Assembly: GCA_009914755.4 (NCBI GenBank)
Contig: CP068257.2
Coordinates: 1,120,001 to 1,184,000, forward strand
Reading direction: 5' to 3'
DNA from: the human T2T-CHM13v2.0 reference genome, Homo sapiens
Length of the DNA: 64,000 nt
The translations under genes and the position numbers were made by a program. Below the pieces are notes generated by a model. It did no database searches, had not been told where the DNA came from, and saw only the letters and a program-made list of their open reading frames with translations. This document shows positions 1 to 10,600 of the stretch, one piece after another (position 1 is the first letter of the stretch; every line of letters begins with the position of its first letter).

Positions 1-2539
1 TGGAATGGAATGGAATGGAATGGAGTGGAATGAACCCGAATGGAATGGAATGGATTGGTATGGAACGGAATGGAATCAACCCGAGCGGAAAGGAATGGAA
101 TGGAATGGAGTGGAATGTAATGGAATGGAATGGAATGGAATCAACCCAAGTGCAATGGAATGGAATGGAATGCAATGGAATCCACCCGAGTGGAATGCAA
201 TGGAATTGAATGGAATGGAATGGAATGGAATGGAATGGAATGGAAAGGAATGGAATGGAGTGGAATGGAACGGAATGGAGTGGAATGGAATAAACACCAG
301 GGGAATGAAATGGATTGGAATGAAATGGATTGGAATGGAATGGAATGCAATGGAATGGAATGAATGGAATGGAATGGTGTGGAATCAACAGGAGAGGAAT
401 GGAATGGAATGGAATGGAATGGAACGGAATGGAAAGGAATGGAATGGAATGGAATGGAACGGAATGGAAAGGAATGGAATGGAATCAACCCGAGCGGAAA
501 GGAATGGAATGGAATGGAGTGGAATGTAATGAAATGTAATGGAATGGAATGGAATGGAATCAACACGAATGGAATGGAACGGAATGGAATGGGAAGGGAT
601 GGAATGGAATGCAATGGAAGATACCCGAATGGAATGGAATGGATAGGAATGGAATGAAATGGAATCATCCTGAGGGGAAAGGAATGGAATGGAACGGAGT
701 GGAATGGGATGGGATCGAATGGAATGGAATGGAAGTTAATCAACACGAATGGAATGGAACAGAATGGAAAGGGATGGGATGGAATGGAATGGAATGGAAG
801 TTAATCAACACGAATGGAATGGAACGGAATGGAATGGAATGGAATGGAATGGAATGGAATGGAATGGAATGGAATGAAATGGAATGAACCCGAATGGAAT
901 GGAATGGATTGGAATGGAATAGAATGGAATCAACCAGAGCGGAAAGGAATGGAATGGAAAGGAGTGGAATGGAATGTAATGGAATGGAAGGCAATGGAAT
1001 GGAATCAACACGAATGGAATGGAACGGAATGGAATGGGATGGGATGGAATGGAATGGAATGGAAGTTAATCAACACGAATGGAATGGAACGGAATGGAAT
1101 TGAATGGAATGGAATGGAATGAAATGGAATGGAATGGAATGAAATGGAAAGGAACGGAATGGAATCAACACGAGTGGAATGGAATGGAACGGAATGGAAT
1201 CAACCCGAGTGGAATGAAATGGAATGTAATGCAATGGGATGGAGTGGAATCAACCGGAGTGGAATGCAATGGAATGGAATGGAATGAAATGGAATGGATC
1301 GGAATGGAATCGAATGGAATCAACTGGAATGGAATGGAATGGAATGGAATGGAATGGAAAGGAATAAATCCGGGTGGAGTGCAATGGAATGTAATGGAGT
1401 GGAATGGAATGGAATTTAGTGGAATGGAATGTAATGGAATGGAATGGAATGGAATCAACCCGAATGGAATGGAACGGAATGGAATGGAAAGAAATGGAAA
1501 GGAATGGAATAGAATGGAATGGAATGGAATGGAATGGAATCATCCCGAATGGGATGGAATGGAATGGAATGGAATGGAAAGGAATGAAATGCAATGGATC
1601 GGAATGGAATCCAATGGAATCAACTGGAATGGAATGGAATGGAATGGAATGGAAAGGAATGGAATGGAATGGAATGGAATGAATCCGGGTGGAGTGGAAT
1701 GGAATGTAATGGAGTGGAATGTAATGGAATTTAGTGGAATGGAATGGAATGGAATGGAATGGAATGGAATGCAATGAAATGGAATGGATCGGAATGGAAT
1801 CCAAAGGAATCAACTGGAATGGAATGGAATGGAATGGAATGGAATGGAATGGAATAAATCCGGGTGGAGTGGAATGGAATGTAATGGAGTGGAATTTAGT
1901 GGAATGGAAACGAATGGAATGGAATGGAACGGAATGGAATGGAATGGAATGGAATCAACCCGAATGGAATGGAACGGAATGGAATGGAAAGGAATGGAAT
2001 GGAATGGAATGGAATGGAAGGGAATCAACCCGAATGGGATGGCATGGAATGGAATGGAATGGAATGGAATCATCCAAAGTGTAATGGAATGGAATAGAGT
2101 GCAATGGAACCCACCCGAGTGGAATGGAATGGAATGGAATGGAAAGGAATGGAATGGATTGGAATGGAACCGAATGGAGTGGAATGGAATAAACACCAGG
2201 GGAATGAAATAGATTGGAATGAAATGGAATGGAATGGAATGGAATGGAATGAAATCAAACCGAGTGGAATGGAACAGAATGGAATGGAATGGAAAGGAAT
2301 GAATGGAATGGAATGGTGTGGAATCAACAGGAGAGGAATGGAATGGAATGGAATGGAATGGAACGGAATGGAAAGGAATGGAATAGAATGGAATGGAACA
2401 GAACGGAATGGAAAGGAATGGAATGGAATCAACACGAGCGGAAAGGAATGGAATGGATTTGAGTAGAATGTAATGTAATGGAATGGAATGGAATGGAATG
2501 GAATCAACACGAATGGAATGGAATGGAATGGGATGGGAT

Positions 2540-2700
2540 GGAATGGAATGGAATGGAAGTTAATCAACACGAATGGAATGGAATGGAATGGAATGGAATG
2601 AACCCGAATGGAATGGAATGGATTGGAATGGAATGGAATGGAATTAACCCGAGCGGAAAGGAATGGAATGGAATGGAGTGGATTGGAATGGAATGGAATG
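2540..2700. repeat. Cluster of larger (35-45 bp) indel differences between HOR copies 1 and 2. The copy-2 counterpart is 24,120-24,270.
   Basis: Copy 1 has ~40 extra bp 'agttaatcaacacgaatggaatggaatggaatggaatgga' at ~2,558-2,597. Copy 2 has a 35-bp tandem duplication 'gaattaacccgagcggaaaggaatggaatggaatg' at ~24,196-24,265 that is single in copy 1 (~2,641-2,675). The net offset changes from 21,593 to 21,553. Confidence 0.7.
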
Positions 2701-5700
2701 GAATGGAATGGAATGGAGTGGAATGGAACGGAATGGAGTGGAATGGAATAAACAACAGGGGTATGAAATGGATTGGAATAAAATGGAATGGAATGGAATG
2801 GAATGGAATGAAATCAACCCGAGTGGAATGGAACGGAGTGGAATGGAATGGAAAGGAATGAATGGAATGGAATGGTTTGGAATCAACACGAGGAGAATGG
2901 AAGGAATGGAATGGAACGGAACGGAATGGAAAGGAATGAAATGGAATGAACCCGAATGGAATGGAATGGAATGGAATCAACCAGAGCGGAAAGGAATGGA
3001 ATGGAAAGGAGTGGAATGGAATGTAATGGAATGGAATGCAATGGAATGGAATCAACACGAATGGAATGGAACGGAATGGAATGGGATGGGATGGAATGGA
3101 ATGGAATGGAAGTTAATCAACACGAATGGAATGGAACGGAATGTAATGGAATGGAATGGAATGGAATGCAATGGAATGAAATGGAAAGGAACGGAATGGA
3201 ATCAACACGAGTGGAATGGAATGGAACGGAATGGAATCAACCTGAGTAAAATGAAATGGAATGTAATGCAATGGGATGGTTTGGAATCAACCCGAGTGGA
3301 ATGGAATGGAATGGAATGGAATGGAATGGAATGGAATGGAATGGAATGGAAGGAAATGGAATGGATCGGAATGGAATCCAATGGAATCAACTGGAATGGA
3401 ATGGATTGGAATGGAACAAATCCGGGTGGAGTGGAATGGAAGGGAATGGAGTGGAATGGAATGGAATTTAGTGGAATGGAATGGAATGGAATGGAATGAA
3501 ATGGATTGGATCGGAATGGAATCCAATGGAATCAATTGGAATGGAATGGAATGAAATAGAATGGTATAAATCCGGGTGGAGTGGAATGGAATGTAGTGGA
3601 GTGGAATGGAATTGAATTTAGTGGAATGGAATGGAATGGAATGGATTGGAATGGAATGGAATCAACCCGAATGGAATGGAACGGAATGGAATAGAAAGGA
3701 ATAGAATGGAATGGAATGGAATGGAATGGAATGGAATGGAATGGAATGGAATCAACCCGAATGGGATGGCATGGAATGGAATGGAATTGAATGGAATGGA
3801 ATGGAATGGAAAGGAATGGAATGGAATGGAATCATCCCAAGTGTAATGGAATGGAATGGAGTGCAATGGAACCCACCCGAGTGGAATGGAATGGAATGGA
3901 ATGGAAAGGAATGGAATGGATTGGAATGGAACGGAATGGAGTGGAATGGAATGGAATGGAATGGAATGGAATGGAATCAACCCGAATGGGATGGCATGGA
4001 ATGGAATTCAGTGAAATGGAATGGAATGGAATGGAATGGAATCAACCCAAGTGCAATGGAATGGAATGGAAGGCAATGGAGTCCACCCGAGTGGAATGGA
4101 ATGGAATGGAATGGAATGGAATGGAATGGAGTGGAATGGAATGGAATGGAGTGGAATGGAACGGAATGGAGTGGAATGGAATAAACACCAGGGGAATGAA
4201 ATGGATTGGAATGAAAAGGAATGGAAAGGGAATGGAATGGAATAAAATCAACCAGAGTGGAATGGAACGGAACGGAATGAAATGGAAAGGAATGAATGGA
4301 AGGGAATGGTGTGGAGTCAACACGAGAGGAATGGAATGGAATGGAATGGAACGGAATGGAATGGAAAGGAATGGAATGGAATGAACCCGAATGGAATGGA
4401 ATGGATTGGAAAGGAATGGAATTGAATCAACCCGAGCGGAAAGGAATGGAATGGAATGGAGTGGAATGTAATGTAATGGAATGGAATTGAATGGAATGGA
4501 ATGGAATCAACACGAATGGAATGGAAAGGAATGGAATGTGATGGGATGGAATGGAATGGAATGGAAGTTAATCAACACGAATGGAATGGAACGGAATGGA
4601 ATGGAATGGAATGGAATGAACCCGAATGGAATGGAATGGATTGGAATGGAATGGAATGGAATCAACCCAAGCGGAATGGATTGGAATGGAATGGAGTGGA
4701 ATGGAATGGAATGGAATGGAATGGAATGAAATGGAAAGGAACGGAATGGAATCAACACGAGTGGAATGGAATGGAACGGAATGGAATCAACCAGAGTGGA
4801 ATGAAATGGAATGTAATGCAATGGGATGGAGTGGAATCAACCCGAGTGGAATAGAATGGAATGGAACGGAATGAAATGGAATGGATCGGATTGGAATCCA
4901 GTGGAGTCAACTGGAATGGAATGGAATGGAATGGAATGGAATGGAATGGAATGGAATAAATCCGGGTGGAGTGGAATGGAATGTAATGGAGTGGAATGGA
5001 ATGGAATTTAGTGGAATGCAATGGAATGGAATAGAATGGAATGGAATGGAATGGAATCAACCCGAGTGGATTGGAAAGGAATGGAATGGAAAGGAATGGA
5101 ATGGAATGGAATGGAATGGAATGGAATGGAATCAACCCGAATGGGATGGAATGGAATGGAATTGAATGGAATGGAATGGAATCAACCCAAGTGCAATGGA
5201 ATGGTATGGAATGCAATGGAATCCACCCGAGTGGAATGGAATGGAATGGAATGGAATGGAATGGAAGGAAAGGAATGGAGTGGAATGGAACGGAATGGAG
5301 TGGAACGGAATAAACACCAGGGGAATGAAATGGATTGGAATGAAATTGAATGGAATGGAATGGAATGGAATGGAATGGAATGAAATCAACCCGAGTGGAA
5401 TGGATCGGAATGGAATGGAATGGAAAGGAATGAATGGCATGGAATGGTGTGGAATCAACACGAGAGGAATGGAATGGAATGGAATGGAATGGAACGGAAT
5501 GGAAAGGAATGGAATGGGATGAACCCGAATGGAATGGAATGGATTGGAATGGAATGGAATGGAATCAACCCGAGCGGAAAGGAATGGAATGGAATGGAGT
5601 GGAATGGAATCTAATGTAATGGAATGGAATGGAATAGAATCAACACAAATGGAATGGAACGGAATGGAATGGGATGGGATGGAATGGAATGGAATGGAAG

Positions 5701-8700
5701 TTAATCAACACGAATGGAATGGAACGGAATGGAATGGAAAGGAATGGAATGGAAAGGAATGGAATGGAATGGAATGGAATGAAATGGAAAGGAACGGAAT
5801 GGAATCAACACGAGTGGAATGGATTGGAACGGAATGGAATCAACCCCAGTGGAATGAACTGGAATGTAATGCAATGGGATGGAATGGAATCAACCCGAGT
5901 GGAATGGAATGGAATGGAATGAAATGGAATGGATTGGAATGGAATCCAATGGAATCAACTGGAATGGAATGAAATGGAATGGAATAGAATGGAATGGAAT
6001 GGAATAAATCCGGGTGGAGTGGAATGGAATGTAATGGAGTGGAATGTAAAGGAATTTAGTGGAATGGAATGGAATGGAATGGAATGGAATGGAATGGAAT
6101 GGATTGGATCAGAATGGAATCCAATGGAATCAACTGGAATGGCATGGAATGGAATGCAATGGAATAAATCCGGGTGGAGTGGAATGGAATGTAATGGAGT
6201 GGAATGGAATGGAATTTAGTGGAATGGAATGGAATGGAATGGAATGGAATGGAATGGAATGGATTGGATCAGAATGGAATCCAATGGAATCAACTGGAAT
6301 GGCATGGAATGGAATGCAATGGAATAAATCCGGGTGGAGTGGAATGGAATGTAATGGAGTGGAATGGAATGGAATTTAGTGGAATGGAATGGAACGGAAT
6401 GGAATGGAATGGAATGGAATAAACCCGAATGGAATGGAACGGAATGGAATGGAAATGAATGGAATGGAATGGAATGGAATGGAATGAAATGGAATGGAAT
6501 GGAATGGAATGGAATCAACCCGAATGGGATGGCATGGAATGGAATTGAATGGAATAGAATGGAACGGACTGTAATGGAATGGAATGGAATTGAATCAACC
6601 CAAGTGCAATGGAATGGAATGGAATGCAATGGAATCCACCCGAGTGGAATGGAATCGAATGGAACAGAATGGAATGGAATGGAATGGAATGGAATGAAAT
6701 CAACCCGAGTGGAATGCAACGGAATGGAATGGAATGGAAAGGAATGAATGTAATGGAATGGGGTGGAATCAACACGAGAGGAATGGAATGGAACGGAATG
6801 GATCGGAACGGAATGGAAAGGAATGGAATGGAATGAAACCGAATGGAATGGAATGGATTGGAATGGAATAGAATGGAATCAACCCGAGCGGAAAGGAATG
6901 TAACGGAATGGAGTGGAATGTAATGTAATGTAAAGGAATGGAATGAAATAGAATCAACACGAATGGAATGGAACGGAATGGAATGGGATGGGATGGAATG
7001 GAATGGAATAAATCCGGGTGGAGTGGATTGGATTGTAATGGAGTGGAACGTAATGGAATTTAGTGGAATGGAATGGAATGGAATGGAATGGAATGGAATG
7101 AAATGGATTGGATCGGAATGGAAGCCAATGGAATCAACTGGAATGGAATGGAATGGAATGGAATGGAATGAAATGGATTGGATCGGAATGGAAGCCAATG
7201 GAATCAAATGGAATGGAATGGAATGGAATGGAATGGAATGGAATGGAATGGAATAAATCCGGGTGGAGTGGAATGGAATGTAATGGAGTGGAATGTAATG
7301 GAATTTAGTGGAATGGAATGGAATGGAATGGAATGGAATGGAATGGAATGGAATGGAATCAACCCGAAAGGAATGGAATGGAAATGAATGGAATGGAGTG
7401 GAGTGGAATGGAATGGAATGGAATGGAATGGAATGGAAAGGAATGGAATGGAATCAACCCGAATGGGATGGCATGGATTGGAATTGAATGGAATGGAATG
7501 GAATGGAATGGAATGGAATGGAATCAACCCAAGTGCAATGGAATGGAATGGAATGCAATGGAGTACACCCGAGTGGAATGAAATGGAATGGAATGGAATG
7601 GAGTGGAATGGAACGTAATGGAGTGGAATGGAAAAAACACCAGGGGAATGAAATGGATTGGAATGAAATGGAATGGAAGGGAATGGAATGGAATGAAATC
7701 AACCCGAGTGGAATGGAACGGAATGGAATGTAATGGAAAGGAATGAATGGATTGGAATGGTGTGGAATCAACACGAGAGGAATGGAATGGAACGGAATGG
7801 AACGGAACGGAATAGAAAGGAATGGAATGGAATGAATCCGAATGGAATGGAATGGATTGGAATGGAATAGAATGGAATCAACCCGAGCGGAAAGGAATGG
7901 AATCAAATGGAGTGGAATGTAATGTAATGTAAAGGAATAGAATGAAATAGAATCAACACGAATGGAATGGAACGGAATGGAATGGGATGGGATGGAATGG
8001 AATGGAATGGAAGTTAATCAACACGAATGGAATGGAACGGAATGGAATGGAATGGAATGGAATGGAATGGAATGGAATGGAATGGAAGGAACGGAATGGA
8101 ATCAACACGAGTGGAATGGAATGAAACGGAATGGAATCAACACGAGGGGAATGAAATGGAATGTAATGCAATGGGATGGAGTGGAATCAACCCGAGTGGA
8201 ATGGAATGGAATGGAATGAAATGGAATGGATCGGAATGGAATCTAATGGAATCAACTGGAATGGAATGGAATGGAATGGAATAAATCCAGGTGGAGTGGA
8301 CTGGAATGTAATGGAGTGGAATGTAATGGAATTTAGTGGAATGGAATGGAATGGAGTGGAATGGAATGGAATGGAATGGAAAGGAATGAAATGGATTGGA
8401 TAGGAATGGAATCCAATGGAATCAACTGGAATGGAATGGAAAGGAATGGAATGGAATGGAATAAATCCGGGTGGAGTGGAGTGGAATGTAATGGAGTGGA
8501 ATGGAATGGAATTTAGTGTAATGGAATGGAATGGAATGGAATGGAATGGAATCAACCCGAGTGGAATGGAACGGAATGGAATGGAAGGGAATGGAATGGA
8601 AGGGAATGGAATGGAATGGAATAGAATGTAATGTAATGGAATGGAATGGAATGGAATGGAAGGGAATGGAATCAACACGAATGGAATGGCATGGAATGGC

Positions 8701-9370
8701 ATTGAATCGAATAGAATGGAATGGAATGGAATGGAATGGAATCAACCCAAGTGCAATGGAATGGAATGGAATGCATTGGAATCCACCTGAGTGGAATGTA
8801 ATGGAATGGAATGGAATGGAATGGAGTGGAATGGAACGGAATGGAGTGGAATGCAATAAACATCAGGGGAATGAAATGGATTGGAATGAAGTGGAATGGA
8901 ATGGAATGGAATGGAATGAAATCAACAAGAGTGGAATGGAACGGAATGGAATTGAATGGAAAGGAATGAATGGAATGGAATGGTGTGGAATCAACACGAG
9001 AGGAATGGAATGGAATGGAATGGAATGGAACGGAACGGAATGGAAAGGAATGGAATGGAATGAACCCGAATGGAATGGAATGCATTGGAAAGGAATGGAA
9101 TGGAATCAACCCGAGAGGAAAGGAATGGAATGGAATGGAGTGGAATGTAATGTAATGGAATGGAATGGAATGGAATGGAATCAACACAAATGGAATGGAA
9201 CGGAATGGAATGGGTTAGGATGGAATGGTATGGAATGGAAGTTAATCAACACGAATGGAATGGAACGGAATGGAATGGAATGGAATGGAAAGGAATGGAA
9301 TGGAATTGAATGGAATGAAATGGAAAGGAACGGAATGGAATCAACACGAGTGGAATGGAATGGAACGGAA

Positions 9371-9470
9371 TGGAATCAACCACAGTGGAATGAACTGGAA
9401 TGTAATGCAATGGGATGGAGTGGAATCAACCACAGTGGAATGAACTGGAATGTAATGCAATGGGATGGAG
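9371..9470. repeat. Exact 50-bp tandem duplication 'tggaatcaaccacagtggaatgaactggaatgtaatgcaatgggatggag' x2. It is also present in HOR copy 2 (30,969-31,068).
   Basis: Read directly: 9,371-9,420 equals 9,421-9,470 base for base. The same 100 bp occurs at 30,969-31,068. The paralogous positions 5,825-5,890 and 15,535-15,600 carry a single copy ('caaccccagtggaatgaactgg...' and 'caaccccactggaatgaactgg...'). Confidence 0.85.
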
Positions 9471-9479
9471 TGGAATCAA

Positions 9480-10600
9480 CCCGAATGGAATGGAATGGAA
9501 TGGAAAGGAATGGAATGGAACGAAATGGAATGGATCGGAATGGAATCCAATGGAATCAACTGGAATGGAATGGAATGGAATGGAATGGAATGGAATGCAA
9601 TGGAATGGAATAAATCTGGGTGGAGTGGAATGGAATGAAACGGAGTGGAATGTAATGGAATTTAGTGGAATGGAATGGAATGGAATGGAATGGAATGAAA
9701 TGGATTGGATCGGAATGGAATCCAATGGAATCAACTGGAATGGAATGGAATGGAATGGAATGGAATGGAATGGAATAAATCCGGGTGGAGTGGAATGGAA
9801 TGTAATGGAGTGGAATGGAATGGAATTTAGTGGAATGGAATGGAATGGAATGGAATGGAATGGAATGGAATGGAATGAAATGGATTGGATCGGAATGGAA
9901 TCCAATGGAATCAACTGGAATGGAATGGAATGGAATGGAATAAATCAGGGTGGAGTGGAATGGAATGTAATGGAGTGGAATGGAATGGAATTTAGTGGAA
10001 TGGAATGGAATGGAATGGAATGGAATGGAATGGAATGAAATGGATTGGATCGGAATATAATCCAATGGATTAAACTGGAATGGAATGGAATGGAATGGAA
10101 TGCAGTGGATCGGAATGGAATCAAATGGAATCAACTGGAATGGAATGGAATGGAATGGAATGGAATAAATCCGGGTGGAGTGGAATGGAATGTAATGGAG
10201 TGGAATGTAACGGAATTTAGTGGAATGGAATGGAATGGAGTGCAATGGAATGGAATGAAATGGATTGGATCGGAATGGAATCCAATGGAATCAACTGAAA
10301 TGGAATGGAATGGAATGGAATGGAATAAATCCGGGTGGAGTGGAATGTAATATAATGGAGTGGAATGTAATGGAATTCAGTGGAATGGAATGGAATGGAA
10401 TGGAATGGAATGAAATGGGAATGAAATGGATTGGATCGGAATATAATCCAATGGAATAAACTGGAATGGAATGGAATGGAATGAAATAAAATGGATTGGA
10501 TTGGAATGGAATCCAATAGAATCAACTGGAACGGAATGGAATGGAATATTTCCGGGTGGAGTGGAATGGAATATAATGGAGTGGAATGGAATGGAAATTA
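9480..10600. repeat. Example cluster of ~150-165-bp CCGG-containing HSat3 sub-blocks. Consensus core: AATAAATCCGGGTGGAGTGGAATGGAATGTAATGGAGTGGAATGKAATGGAATTTAGTGG ... AATGAAATGGATTGGATCGGAATGGAATCCAATGGAATCAACTGG.
   Basis: In this cluster the motif 'aataaatc(c/t/a)gggtggagtgg' lies at 9,612; 9,777; 9,940; 10,165; 10,325; 10,545. The same sub-block type clusters at 5,900-7,330; 8,250-8,520; 11,400-11,650; 13,050-13,350; 14,200-14,760; 15,650-17,600; 18,450-18,800; 20,200-21,330. There are ~40 copies per HOR unit, and the clusters are mirrored at +21.6 kb. Confidence 0.8.

Noticed and set aside
9480-10600. The ~150-165-bp CCGG sub-block as an Alu- or SINE-like insertion, or as nucleosome-phased alpha-like monomers.
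   Set aside because: The blocks are built from the same GGAAT-derived pentamers (GGAGT, GTAAT, GGATT, GAATC variants) and have no poly-A, target-site duplications or A/B boxes. They are internal satellite variants, not mobile elements.
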